Shown here: positions 37,169 to 50,781 of the stretch, in pieces
Layout: each line of letters begins with the position of its first letter
How positions within the stretch are numbered: position 1 is the stretch's first letter
Source: Podarcis pityusensis
Taxonomy: Eukaryota
Assembly: GCA_964106645.2 (NCBI GenBank)
Contig: OZ067042.1
Direction: 5' to 3' (one strand)
Length of the DNA stretch: 64,000 nucleotides
Notes under the pieces: generated by a model
Told to the model about the DNA's origin: nothing
The model's input: the letters and a program-made list of their open reading frames with translations, nothing else
Databases searched by the model: none
Program-made: the position numbers and the translations under genes

Positions 37169-38214
37169 TACTAGATGAAGGTGAATAAGCTGAAGCTCAA
37201 TACATACAAAAAGGTGTGGATTGTGTAGTTACGACATGGCACCAGGCTTGGTTGTACCTGGGTGCCTGTCTTGTTCTCTGAAAGAGACAATAACATTCTT
37301 GCCTCACTATCTGGCTGGTGTGTCCTCCACACCTTCCATAGCAGGGACTATGCTTCATCAAGGAGTCACTGGTCTCCCTGTTTTGGGTAGTGTTAAACCA
37401 GGGGCAGCCAATGCAGTACTCTCCCAAAAAGTACTGCAGTTCCCATCAACGCTAATCAGCATGACCACATGCCAGGGATAATGGGAATTGTAATTCAACT
37501 ATATCTGAAAGGTACCACATTGGCTACCCTTAGACCATCCCTGAAGGAGCAGGTATGTAGTCTGGAGTTGCTGTAGGACTTAGTATTGCTCTTGAATTCC
37601 CAGACAGCAGCTGTGGCCAGCAGTGGCTTCAAGCAGGTTGGTTCTCCATCTACAGCCATTTAAAGTGACTGTGTTGTTGCATGCCACTGAGTTTCATGGT
37701 TTGGTAACCTTCAGGCTGGGCTATTCAGTGGAGTTACCTTTGAAGGTTGTCCTGAACCTTCAGTTGGTTCATCATGTAGCCACTACCCATCTAATTTTCA
37801 GAATGCCTGAAGAGAGCATAAGGCACTGGTGTTAAAAACAGTAAAACAAGTGCTGGATTTAGTCTAGCCTTTCATATCCTTGAAGCCAGTGGTGGCTGTT
37901 ATCCATTAGGACCGGTAGGGTGGAACTCAGTGAGACTAACAATAGCCAGAGCCAATGATAGGAAGGGCCAATGAATTATTGTTTTGTCTCCACCCTACTT
38001 CCTGTCGAGTCCTACAAGGGCAATGCTGAGAGGCTAAGGAACCTGACAGCTAGGACCATCTCCTGGGCTAGTTGTAAATGGGAGGACAGACAGGTAGGGT
38101 CTGGCTGAGGGAAGACTTGCTCTTCCCCATATGCCCTAATGGATCAGCCTCCAGTCCTTGCAAAAACATAACTTAAAGGAAGGTCTTTGTTTCCTTATCA
38201 GGATCCCCATACGT

Positions 38215-38720
38215 TATTATTTATTGCACTCATTAGTCACTTTTTTAAACAAATGAAAAGTAAACTCAGAGCAACTTACAATGTAAATACAAAAACCAAA
38301 ACAAAATGAAAACTAGAAAGGATCACAGGACAGTTTACAGCATAAAAACACATAGCCTTGTAACAAATAAAAACAACACACACCCCCAGTTTAAAAGGCC
38401 ATAGATTGTTTAATAAGCTGAAGGGCCTGGGCGAAGAGGAATATTTTTCCCTGGTGCCTTAAGATACAAAATGAAGGCACCAGGCAAACCTCCCTGGGGA
38501 GAGCATTCTACAAATGGGGAGCCACCACAAAAAAGGCCTGTTCTTGTGTTGCCACCCTCTGAAACTCTCACAGAAGAGGCACATGAAGAAGGGTCTCAGA
38601 TGATGACTGCAGGGTCTGGGTCAGTCTGGGTCAGGGTCTGGCTCAGAGAGAGGGCAGTCCTTGACGTATTGCGGTCCTGAGCCAATAGGTCAAAGGCTTT
38701 ATAGGTCAAAATAAGCACTA
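38215..38720 (-). mobile_element. L2-like LINE 3' end
   Basis: Reverse-strand L2-type 3' motifs (ctccctggggagagcattc.acaaatggggagccaccac.aaaaaggcc; aaggctttataggtcaaa) with an AT-rich tail. Confidence 0.7.
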
Positions 38721-40354
38721 ACACGCACAGAACCCACTAAAGGAGGTCACAAAGCTACTAAGAAGCTGCCTTATTTTGTTTCTTCTTGGCTGAATTCAGG
38801 ATGCTGTCCATGACCAAGTCTTTCTCAATTGCAGCACTCTCTCTTCTTGTCCTAGAGAAGCCCACCAGGCTTTCTGGAAATTTTGACCCATTTTCCCCCC
38901 TGAGGACGTTCAGAAGGTGAAACAGGTTTTATTTTCTGCTCTTCGCACTTGTATTGTTTACTATAGTTTTAATGGTTGCAATTTAATGAATTTTCAAAGT
39001 GCTGTTGATGGCTGCTTTGTGTTAAATCTTTACATTTTGTAAGCCACCCTGAGGGCTTTTCCAAGATCACATACAAAATAAATAAATTCATCTTCTGAGC
39101 ATCCCAGAGGGAAATCCTGTTTAAGTAATGGTGTGGGAAAGTTCCATGATTCTCCCAAGTGACAAACAGTTAAGCAGAGCATCCTTTTCAAACAGATTCA
39201 AATGGAGAGCAGAGGAGATAACCCGAGATTTTTTCCGCAGCGCAATTGAGGCAAAAGGGGTAAAATAGAAATAGTTTTTCAAAGGTCAATGGACTCTTAC
39301 ATTAGGAAAGAACAGAAACCAAATAGTCACAGTGTAGTCATTATCACAGGAAAAGAATCAAGCTGTGTTTAATTTATAAAATGAGATGTGCAAATTTGTT
39401 TGCAGGCCTTGTCCCCTTCATTCCAGATGTGTGTATTAAAGCTGTGGTTACTCACTGGTAGTGAAGAAGGACTCTGCACATGGTCAGAGATCCTGTCTCC
39501 TTCACCTCACACATCCTTGGTCCAAGACCTGCCTAACATGAAACCTTGAGTGCATGCTATATTTTTTGAGTACATGCTATATTTTTTCGCGATAGAGGCT
39601 CTGCACTTCTTAATCAGGGGTGCATGGCAGGCTGAAATTCAACAAGTGCTGCATCCCCATGCCAAGAAAGCAGCAATAGGGAAAGCTGTCCGTTTGGATG
39701 CATTCAGTCTGTCTCTCTTACTGGCCCTGTTCTCATGCTTTTAACATGGACCCGACTGAACATAGAGCCTCCCCACCAAATCACTTTATTTCCATGCCGG
39801 AGAGAGCTTCACCTGGTGAATTTCTGCAGGGCATGATTTTGCTAGGGAAGGCTCAGCAGGGCCAGTAAAACGAAAAGGCGGCAACTCTAGTGCACAACCT
39901 TTGTCAGGAAAAAAAGAGGGTGGCCGATTTCGCTAACTGCAAGGTCGCAAGGGATTCCTTGGTTCCACCTTTGTGGGGATTTGTGTCCCGCCCCTGATCC
40001 CCAGAGCAGGAAGGGGGCGCTTAAAGCCCGCGCCTACAAAGAAGTTCAAGCACGCGGATGCCTTCCAGTTTCTTCCGTCCTTTCTGAGGTTAAAAAAAAA
40101 CAACCACCCCAACTGAAACCAGACGCGCGAAAGCGAGCCGACGGCGACTGTGCTGAGTTGCGCTCGGCGACGTTTCGCGGCCACAGAGGAGCGCGCGGTG
40201 GCTTTCGTGCGCTCCGGCTTCTCCCTCGGGGCGGGAAGGATTGTCGGAGTCGCCAAAGCAGCGGGTCCCGTGACATCAGCTGAAATATTCACCGCTCGCC
40301 CGCTGCTGCTCGTGCTGCTGCTCCTTCCTCCGTCCGCGCGCGCGCGCCAGCTGC

Positions 40355-40378
40355 GCTGCTGCTGCTGCTGCTGCTGCT
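40355..40378. repeat. (GCT)8 trinucleotide repeat; a complementary (GCA)6 lies at 40593-40610
   Basis: Read directly from the sequence. Confidence 0.9.
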
Positions 40379-40469
40379 TCTCCGACGACTCCTGGCTGCT
40401 TCCGCGGGCGGAGGAGAGAAAGAGAGCGCGCGCTTGCGCTGGGGTATATATCTCCTCCTCTTGTCTCCC

Positions 40470-40984
40470 GCCGCCAGCAACCTCGAGGGAGCTGCTGCCG
40501 CGCCCCTCCCCCCCCCCACTACCACGCGCATCCCTCAGGAGGGGGAGGCGCCCAAAGTTGCTCGGCTCCTCAGGCGAGCGAAGCGCCGCCGGGCAGCAGC
40601 AGCAGCAGCAGTAGGAGCAGCAGCCGGAGAAAGAGGCGGCGCCCGCGCTCCTTCGCTGGACTCCTGTGAGGAGCGCGAGGTTGGGAAGGCGGCGCTCTGC
40701 GGCACAGGAGGAGGCTCCCGGCCGAGGAAAGCGACTGGATTACGGTCGGCGGGCCATGGCAGAGCCGGCGCTGGGCTGGGAAGGTCGGCGAACAAGGGAC
40801 GGCAGGAGGTGACTTGGCTTCGCGGGACTTGGCGACGACGCGCGCTCTCCACCTCTTCCACTCCGCGAGCTTTGGCTGGCCAAAGGAATTCCTTCGCAGG
40901 CTCTTTCTTGGCCAAGAGCCCAGCACCCCTCGCCGGCGCCAGCCTGGGCAAGCGCACCGCTCGCTCCCCCTCAGCCGCCCACAG
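40470..40984 (+). other. CDH23: CDH23 non-coding exon 1 (5'UTR; start approximate)
   Basis: Strong donor CAG/GTAAGG at 40984/40985 inside the CpG island. Mammalian CDH23 also has a non-coding first exon and lies directly downstream of SLC29A3 on the same strand. Confidence 0.72.
40756..40812 (+). other. Upstream ORF (18 aa, MAEPALGWEGRRTRDGRR) in the putative CDH23 5'UTR
   Basis: The only ATG between ~40470 and the donor; context GGGCCATGG; stop TGA at 40810-40812. Confidence 0.55.
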
Positions 40985-42179
40985 GTAAGGCGAAGTTTCG
41001 ACCCCCCCCCCCGCCGCCCCTTTCCCGCGTTTTCTCTCCGCCGGAACTTTGAGGGGCGCTTCTTCTTCTTTCTTGGATTCTTGGACGCTCCGCGCGCCTC
41101 GAGTAGAAGCGAAGACCGAGCTGGCAAAGTCCTTCGCCGACCCCGGCTCGCGGTTTCAGTTAACTTGGCCATGTCGGAACTCGGAGCGCCCTGATGGTTT
41201 TAGTCGGGGTTTTTTATATATATAGCCTGCCTGGTTCCAGAGGTTTATGGCGGGTGGCACCTGAGCGAGAGCAACTCAAGTGAACAGAGAGAGGTTGCAA
41301 TTCTGTTTTGTTTTCTGTGAAGGAGAAAAATGGTTTTGTAAAAAGCAGTTCCCTCACGCGCTCTGGGTTTATGTGTCTCCCTGAAGGCGTCAATAAGGCG
41401 GACGGGGGACTGAGAAGGTGCGCTGCTACCGCTGCGTGTTTCTTGTCAGAAAGTTCTCACCTCAAGATACGAGTGCTTAGGATTTCAGCCTTAAATATTC
41501 TGAGGCTGCGATTCTATATCCACGGACCTGGGAAGCAAGCTGAATGAATGGGTCTTTCTTCTGACTTGAGTAGGAGGCTGCAGAACCACTGCGAGTCTGT
41601 AATGGTGCTAAGATTCTTGCAGTTGCACATAAGCCCCATAGAACACGAGGGCTTACTTCTGAGTAAACATGCATAGGATCTGGCTGGGCTTCAGAGGGTT
41701 TGCTAGCTATGCTTTTATCCACCAGATGACAGGTAGAAAATGGGGGGGGGGGAGGAGAAGCATCCTCCTCTTTGGGTTCTCATCTTGAGCACTCTTGCAA
41801 GGGAATAAGCACCATTGAAAACAGTGGGACTTGTTTCTGAGTCAACATGCATGGGATTGTGTTGCCAGGGTCTTATTTATTGATGATACTTCTGAGTTGA
41901 CTTTTCTAACCACCCCAGCCAGGCAACATGCAGTAGGAAAACCCTATGACAACTGTGCATTGAACTAAAACAAATTGGAATATAGGAGCAGCCTTAATAA
42001 AGTAAAATGGGGTTTTGCTTTTTTTTTAAAAAAAAAAAAAAGAGAGCAATTTTAATACTAAGAGCAGGTTCAAGTGTCTTTTTAAATGCAGCCTCTAAGA
42101 GTGTTGAATCCAATAGTGCAAAAATGAACAGTGAAAGAAGCCATAACATAAAATAATGACAATCTAAGCAGCTATAAAT

Positions 42180-42180
<1 letters not shown>

Positions 42181-42212
<32 letters not shown>
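42181..42212. repeat. (ATAG)8 microsatellite
   Basis: Read directly from the sequence. Confidence 0.95.
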
Positions 42213-45200
42213 TGCTGCAACCCTATGCATACTCACTTAGGAGAAAGCCCCACTAAACTCGCTAGGACTTACTTCTGAGTAAACATCTATAGGATTGGGT
42301 TCCCCAGACGCAGTTGCTTTTTTCTCTTTGACCACCTGTTCTGATGTAGCTTCTGCAATGAAGGCAACTGACAGCCTTACCTTGTGCATATTTACCGGTA
42401 CTTAGAATTAAACAGGACTTTCTCCCAGTAAGCGTGCGTATAATTGCACTGAGAGCTTGGAAATACGGTGAAAAGGAGCATGAAATTTGAAGATCAGTTA
42501 GACTCCCAAGTATATAATAGAGAGCGTGTAGGGCTGGCAACTTCTGTTCTCTCCCCACCCTTTATTGCAGAGCTTTTGAAATTGTGTGTACCTTGCAAAA
42601 GGCTAAATTAGTACATAAAAACAAAGCTTTCCCTACCACTCCAGCTCAGTGCTGGGAAAAGTTTAAGCTGTTAAAGACACCAGGCAGGAGGACAATTAAG
42701 AGCTGGCAACCCCCAGAGCTTCTCTGGCAAATTAATAGAAGTCTGACACCTGACGCCCACCTAGGGCACCAAGCAGGAAGGTGGGGCAGCTCTCGGAGTC
42801 CGCTGCCTAATCATATAGCTATTCCAAACCAGCAAAGCTTCCTTAGTCCTTTGGAAGGACCATGTTGCATGGTAATGAAGACACACAAACGTGCACTGAT
42901 CGCTACTTTGGAGGCACTTGTTGGATGGGAATGCAATTTTGCTGACAAGTTGTTTTACCCAGCAATCACTGTCTGGGGGCTGCCCATACGACTGCAGCTG
43001 GGCAGTGCAATCCCATTTTTAGAAACTACTCAGACTGAATTCTGCGGGATTTATTCCTTACGAAATGTGATCAGGTTGCCTGCAGTCCTTTTTAAAGTGC
43101 TTGTCTGTTTGGCAGTCGTGCTCCCCAAACAGGGGCTTGTAAGCATCTAACGTTGCACTGCTCCTATTTGGCATTAAGTTCTATTAATTTCAGGGACTGT
43201 TACATACATGTAGAGCTTCTTTAAAAGCATGGAACTTGACTCGGCAGATGCATCAGAGTGTGATAGGGGCTGCAACACCTGAAATGCTTCTCTGTTTAGA
43301 ATATCCTGCCTTTTATCATATAGTTCAAGGCAGCTTTTGTACAGTAGTGTTAGTCATCTCTTCTAACCACTTTCTTGTCATACCCCAAAGCCCCAGATAA
43401 GTGTGCTAAGGCATGAAAACCTTAACACAAAGGAGGCTGTTGAGCCTAGTCCTAGAAAGCAGCACATTCAGGCTGCCCTAAGCTGTGTGACAGACTAAGC
43501 AGGGACCTCCATCCCTTGAATGTGAAGCTAAATGTTAACTTTCTTCCAGCAAGCACCTCCTGGCTTATCAAATTCCTTCACCTATAAAGCCCCATCCCTC
43601 CAGAGTTGTCCTATGCAGCTGTGCTTAGGGTTACTTTGCAAGCAACGGGGATCACTTGGAATACCCTGTACTTAAAACCCAGTGTGTCATCTTTTGAAGG
43701 GTCTGAGTAAGACTCAGCAAGTGTCCTCAAGGGTGGGCAGATGACTGAGCAAGCTCTCCCTTTGTGATGGGGTTGGTTGAATGGGTCCCATCTAGAAACC
43801 ACTGTGTTCTGAATGAGTCCCAGTTTACTGGGAAGGGAAGCACACCTCCCATTGTTTCAGTGTAATTTTGTGAAGTAATCTTGTCTGAGGTGCACCAGGA
43901 AAAAAACTCTTTCCGCATGGGTGATGACCAAAGAAGAGCATAGTTCACTGGGGGGCTGGGGCTGGGGAATAACATGCCTTCCCCCATATGTTAGAAAAAA
44001 TTACATGAAAGAGAAACGATGCTATACAGTGCTTCATATGAATGATCACATTTGAAATGTGTTTTCTCCCAAGCAAGTCCTATGGACTCCAATGGAACTT
44101 TGAGTACACAAGGATTGCAGCCTGAATTTGATTTGCAATTTGATTCAGTTATAATCTGTGTGTGGAAAGTGCCTTTCCTTCAAGTAACTACAGGGGTCCA
44201 GCAATTGAGGGGGTGGGCAGGGAAGTGGCACAAGCTGCAGTATGTATTGGCATCCTATTCCTGGAGGGGTTTCCTTCTGACCCTTCTCCCTCTGGCACTG
44301 TCTATTTTCAAATGTAGCCTGGGGAATCCCCTGGGTGGATCTGCCCCCACCCTTACCCAAAAAAGCAACAATGCACCGCCACAAAACTGTTGCCCTGTGT
44401 TTTAGTTTTAATGTATCCTGCTGCAATTGTTCCAGGGATCTCCTATTCTTTCCTGTTTCTCTTTCCACTCTACATGAAGTACTTTTTTTTTATTCATAGC
44501 TTCTCCCTTTCCCCCTCTTGGCATCTTTAACTGCATATATTCAGGGTTAAAGGTGTTAAAAGCAGGAAGGGATGGGATCTGGAGGCAACCTGTACTATTT
44601 TTAGCTGACCGGCTACCTATTGGCATCTTGGCCAAGGGATGGGGAGAAGAAGAGAGAGCCAGCAAGTATTCAGTGCTTGAGTATTTTTCACAATGAAGTG
44701 GATGAGTTGTAGATAGGCATAGTTCAAGAATTGTCTCATCTTAATATTATCTAAAGAAGAGCACTGTCTGCAGGAACAATTTACTAATTTATGTTGCGCT
44801 TCTTCTGCTTTTTGTACCAGCCATAACTACGAACTTAGTAACTTGTTCATGTGAGTTATGGCCCATACCCCACTTAAAGATGCCCACTTTTGCAGAATCT
44901 GATTTAAATGTTAATAGATTAGGTGAAGGGCAAATATACTTCTTTCTTGATCACATGCTATTATTTTAGTGGTGTCCAAAGACAGACTTTATTCAGGCAA
45001 GGATGGAATTGGGGGGGGGGGGGAGTTAGAGAGAACGTAAAAGAGAACCAAGAAAAGTTAGAGAGAAATAAAAATAAGTTAGGAATGGAGAACAACTGTG
45101 GTAGGTGTTTTAATCTTTCTTCAGAGGATCACAGCCAGGAGTGGTGACCTAGACTCAGAATTAGTATACATTATATATTCCACAACATACCTCTAGATTA

Positions 45201-48200
45201 AAAACCATTGTATTTCTGACGGCTAGTAGCTTTGCACACTGACGCCAACAATGTCCAGCAACATCCTTTTGCCCTCCCTCCTTCATCTACTTATTGAAAC
45301 CTAAGTGGTTGAGCCAAGTCGTTATCAAAGCAAAGAGATAAAACGCAAAGAAAAGGGCCTCTCCTTGACAGGTGGCAGAAGCATGCCTACCTGTGTGCAT
45401 GCTCCATTTCCCCAGCTCATAGAGAAAGAGGGTTTTACCCACCTGAGCCTGATGTTGCTCCTTGCTAGATCCTTATTTGATCCTGAGTTGCATACGTAGC
45501 CCCAAAGAGCAACTGGGATTTGGTTGGATAGGTTAGGCAAATGGGGGCACTGGCACCCTTTCTCCTCAGAAGCAATCTCCTATGCTTTCTTTTCTTTACA
45601 AAGGAAAACAATGCAGAAGGACCAGCTTTGACGTACTGGCCTTTGCTAGTATTCAGTTGTGCATAACAGGCAAACGAACCTGCCCAGCAAAGGAGGCTAT
45701 GCCACAACCAGCTGATGCTCTCTGCTCCCCAAAGTGCTCCCTCTTATATCCTTTGTGATGAAGGAAGCTTGGAGGATATGAAAGGGCTGGTGAATGTGGT
45801 ATTCAGATCTGAAGTACTTATTCATTCAGCATCTGCACCTTTGAATCAAATAGGGTCCCAGGAACTGCAAATATAGAACTAGGAATCAGCTTCACACTGG
45901 TGGAGGGGGCAGGGAAGAGCCTGTTTAAAGAGCATTCTCAGTTACAGTATCTACCCAGCCTCTTCTTCCACCTGCTCACTTGAAAACTGCAGTGGGTTCG
46001 GTGAAGGGAAGGAGGACTTGGGTTAGAAGCAGGTAAACCTTGTTTTGATCTCTCTGAAGGCTCGATTTTCAGCTTAATCTCCCTCAAGGAGAACATCTGT
46101 CAGTGGCCTTACTTTGCATGGTTGAAGAGATGCCACAAATGGCAGGCAAAGTGGTGGTTTCAGAACTGGAAGTGAACTAGCCTTTTAACATTTTAACAAG
46201 TTCTTAAGCAGGTAGGAATGGGCTTTGTTGGCACAGATAACAAAGTCCTGATTTTCACAAAGTGGAAGGATGTTTTCTTGCCTGCCACCTTTCCTGGGTG
46301 TTATGTAGTCTTTGGGATTGGTTGATAAAGAAGGTTTCCCTCTTATGTTCTCACTGTGTTTAGGGGGAGGGATGAGAAAATAGAGGTGGAAAGTGGACCT
46401 GAAGTGCTCATGAAAAACTTTTGGAACCATTCTGCTGCATGATATCTTAAGATCAGTTGGATTGGTGAGGTGGCAATGCGAGAGAGAGAGCTTCTTCTTT
46501 GAGGGAGTTCTGGATCTCTCTGCTTGCTTTGTGTTTAACCTTCTTTATTTAAGAGCTTGATATGCAACCAGGTTGGGCTGTGGTTGTTGCCTGGCAAGGT
46601 ATAATGCTAATGGTGATGTTTTTGCTTGCCTGCAAATCTGCTTTGACCCTTCCAGTCTCACAGCAGGCACTTAAACAATAATGTTGTTGCTTTCTTGAGA
46701 TTGTAATCCTAAACACACTTTCCAAGAAGCAAGTCCAAATAAGATTAGGGTGTACTTCTGAACAAACATGTTGAGTATGAGGCTGTTAGTGCATTTTGAT
46801 GTTAAGAGGCATGGGTTCCATAATGGCTTGGGTGATACTTTTTGCTGAAAATAGCAAGCTTCCTAGATACATAGATTTCTGGTGTACCCCCTAAATGGTG
46901 TAGGGAAACATTTCCCCTCTTAATGTGTGTGTGTGTGTTATTGGTTACTGTATGTAGCCAAATTATTTGTATGTGGTACAAATTATTATATGGAATTGGA
47001 ATTCCATTTTGGTTGGCTTTTCTAATTTACCTGTCTGAATTTGCTGTTTGGTTGTACCTTTGTCTAATTTTGATGGTTCTTAGCACAAAAACATTCCCAA
47101 GGCAGCATGCATCCTCTTCTGTGGGTCTTGATTCTGCAAATAGTTGCAAACCTGAGCTGCTTTTAAAAAAATCATATGGTGTTTCCATAGTCCTAGGTGT
47201 AAAATTACCTGGTTGCACCACTGCACAAGGCAATACATGGGTCTATCTCTTACACTTTCCCATTTTGTTATTTGCCACGGGGAAAACCTGCAGGGCCAGT
47301 CCAATGGATTAAGACCATCAAAGTTGGGGAAAAGCCCTTATTCAAGTCTGTGTGATAGTGCAAAAATTTAGTCTTGAGTATGGATGCTACGTCTGTCACT
47401 AGGAAGGTACAGCATATCTAGATAAGAGGGAGAAGACAGGTATGGTTATCATTTCTTCATATAATTTCATATAATTTCAAATCCTAGTGTTGGTTTACTG
47501 GTTTCAGTTTCTCATTCAGTTCAGATACTTGAATGGAGCATGAATTAGGAATTTAGATTAGAACATCTCTGCATTCTATCATAATCTTTAGACCACCCTA
47601 GATCATTTGCCCATGCTACCTTGTCAATTGATAAATGCTGATGCCCAGATTGAAACCCTGTTTTCTGTTTAATTCCTTCTTCGAGCTGCATTTGAACCAC
47701 TGATTTGAATAAGGAACTGAGAACCACCTTGTGGCTTTGAACTGGGTGGGTGAGACTTCTAAGGGACTTCTAAGTGGGGACCAGCTGTGCACATTGAAAC
47801 ACCGTGTCAGAGCCCAGCGCTCCAGACTTGTGATAAGCTATGCTGGTGCACATAGCTGATCAGACAAGTAGCTTGGTTTCATCAAGTGAATATGGAGTGG
47901 CTTTGGAGGGGGTTTCCTCTAGGTAACCAGGCAAGGAATTTTCTATGCAAATGGAAGTGTACTCTTTTTCTTTCTTTAGTGTTTTCAGTGTGGCACAAAT
48001 TACTAACATACAAATGTATAGACAGGCTATTGTAAATTCTTGTGGACTAGTAACTCTTGCATACATATTTGCAAGGCTGGTTTTGACATAAAACACACAC
48101 ATACCTCTCTCCCTTCAGGAAGAAGGCAATTTAAGGGTCCCCACCCCCTTGCCTGTTCTGAGATTGCCAAGACCTTATGAGGAAACCCTTCCTCTGAATG

Positions 48201-49645
48201 TTTCAAGTCTTCCTGGTGCAGAGTAGAAAATGTAGAGGAATTCTTCCCCTAGGCACTGACAGTAATGGAATAATCAATCTGCTATTACTATTGCATGAGG
48301 CCATTTTTCTCCCCTCAAAGGTACTTGGAATGTTGACTCAGTGGAACAAGATGAGGTCTGGTCATGCCTGGCATGCTCCCCTGGCTCTCAGGATCTCTCA
48401 CTGAGTGTCATAAGCTCATTCTATGAGATCTTCCTGGAGAGAAAAATGAAGTAAAGATTAGCTCAAGGAGATGATTAGACAGAAATCTTATCCTTTCCTT
48501 TTTTGAATGTGGGTTGTTTTGTAAAATCACTCCAGCATGACAGTTGTATTAGGATTTTGCGACAAGATGTACCCGCATCGCACAGGTTTATGACTTGTAG
48601 ACAGCAGGGATACCAGGGAGCAGTTTGGAAAATCTGTAGCATGCAAGGTAATGCGCATAAGCAGTGAACATAGTTTTTGGACTGTGGCACATTCAAATCC
48701 AATTGAATGGTCAATAGGCTCTCTTTTGGTCACATTTCACTCAAATGCAGTATATTTTGCTACTTAATCCCTACAGGTTCAAGTGTGATAAGTCCCTTGC
48801 TTAGCCATCCCTTCAAGCAATGGCACACACCTGCATATAATATAGGCAGCTGGGGGTTTTTTTTTGGACGTTTCTGTTGTCACAAGGGGGGAAGCCTATA
48901 TGCCAGTTGGCCAAATTGCCTATAACTACATAGCATTGCAAAGCAGCAGCCGGGTTGGCCTAGATAACTAGAATCCAAGCTTAACAGAGGCTGGTGGGCA
49001 GTGAATGTGTAATAGCCTGCATTCTCTCTCTCTCTCTCTCTCGTGCCTAGTTTTCCAGCAAGCCTCTTAGATAAACTCCTGCAATGAGAGGCATAGGTAG
49101 CAGATGCTGCAATGCATGACACAGCTAGCAAACATCTTCCTTTAAAAAAATTATACTGATAGAATAATGCCAAAAAGCCCACAAAAGGTAGAGTTAAGAT
49201 GTACATTTAGATCATGTTAAAATGCCAAAAATCGAAGAGATTTGGCGATCATCTTTAGTGCTTCAGACCCCACTACGCTTAAGGAAGGGACACCATTTCA
49301 GATTTCTTTTGGAGAGGTCGGAAAGGGAGTTCTAGTAAAGTTCAAAGGTTTGGTCTTAAATATGTTCAAGATAATATTGCAAAAGTATATACAAAGAATG
49401 TGTGGCATTTTCTTCTTCTTCCCTATCATTATTGCTATAGCAATGTTAAAATGACAAAAATGGCTATAGCATTATTATTATTATTATAACGAACATTTTA
49501 AAGAAAGTGATTTCTGACTTTGGTATGATATGAAGCATGAAAACCCACATAACTGCTCTTAAAAATGGGGTGGTAGTCAACTAGGTTTTACTCAGAGTAG
49601 ACCCTCTGAAATTAATGGGCCTAACTTAGTCATGCTCATTTATTT

Positions 49646-49767
49646 CAGGGTTTCCCGCTGTCTTTGGACTACAACTCCCATTATCCCTAGCTAACAGGAC
49701 CAGTGGTCAGGGATGATGGGAATTGTAGTCCAAAAAACACCTGGAGATCCAAGTTTGGGAAATCCTG
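49646..49767. mobile_element. hAT-type MITE nested in an older palindromic repeat
   Basis: CAGGGTTTCCC...GGGAAATCCTG ends; exact 8-bp TSD ATTTATTT (49638-49645 and 49768-49775). The flanks form ttttactcagagtagacc ... cctactcagagtaaaa. Confidence 0.9.
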
Positions 49768-50504
49768 ATTTATTTCAATGGTCCTACTCAGAGTAAAATG
49801 GGCCTGGTGGCTAAAAATAGCACAAATGGCTAGTCTTACACATGTGCCATACAGGTTGGGAGTGCTAACTGTGCTGTACATACTTATCTCCCCATATTAT
49901 GGAACACAGTGCTTTATTTGCGATGGGAACAGATCTATCTATTCAGCATGAGATTCTAAACATTACAGTGCAGTGGTAAGGTCACCCCAGGCATGCCATT
50001 TTCATCAGGTGAAAGGTAACTTACACCTTGGCTCTCATTCTGTTCAGGGCCTTAGACAGAGTATTGGATTAAGAAAGAAGCTCATACCCTTTGGTGTTAG
50101 ACTGAAAGATGCAAAATAGTTAGTGAAGCTGTATAGTTGACCAGTTGAACAGTGTAGAAAAAGCCGCCTCTGGCTAATGTGTTTGACTCACTTGAATTGT
50201 GAGGCTCTTCCAGAAGTGTAGGTGCTGCACGGCTATTCATGGCACACATAGCTTGGTGTCTGCTTTATGGTGTGAACTTCTGCTAGTGAATAGGTTGGGT
50301 AAGTTTTTTTCAGGTTTCTGTGTGAAGGATTCATCATAGCCCCTAGACCGACTGTGGCATTCTTCTGCTGAAAAGTACATCTGTCGCTACTCAACACATC
50401 TCTGCATGTGTAACAGAATACCTTCCCTGTTTTCACTAATTCATCACATGGGTTCTAATTACTAAAATGTTCAAAACCTAGTTTCACATTATATGTGAAA
50501 ATAG

Positions 50505-50781
50505 GTAAAAAGATAAAGGAAGTAAAGGACCCCTGGACAGTTAAGTCCAATCAAAGGTGACTATGGGGTTGCAGCGCTCATCTCGCTTTCAGGCCGAAGG
50601 ACCCAGTGTTTGTTCACAGACAGTTTTCTGGGTCATGTGGCCAGCATGACTTAACCACTTCTGGTGCAATGGAACACCATGACAGAAGCCAGAGCGCATG
50701 GAAACGCCGTTTACATTCCTGCCACAGTGGTACCTATTTATCTACCCGCATTGGCATGCTTTCGAACTGCTAGGTTGGCAG
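50505..50781 (-). mobile_element. 5'-truncated Sauria SINE
   Basis: Reverse complement of the 3' two-thirds of the 18131 element; 15-bp TSD with one mismatch, TATATGTGAAAATAG / TATATATGAAAATAG. Confidence 0.9.

Larger units (their letters stand above)
39990..41200 (+). promoter_or_regulatory. CDH23: CpG island / CDH23 promoter
   Basis: The only long GC- and CpG-rich block in the window. It contains a TATATAT element (40445-40451), CAGCTG E-boxes (including 40348-40353), a CRE-like TGACATCA (~40271) and (CG)6. A splice donor follows, and the CDH23 ATG exon lies 22.7 kb downstream. Confidence 0.85.

Noticed and set aside
39933-41194. Multiple overlapping 80-200 aa ORFs in the CpG island
   Set aside because: Low-complexity Arg/Ala/Pro-rich frames on both strands, as expected from stop-codon scarcity in GC-rich DNA.
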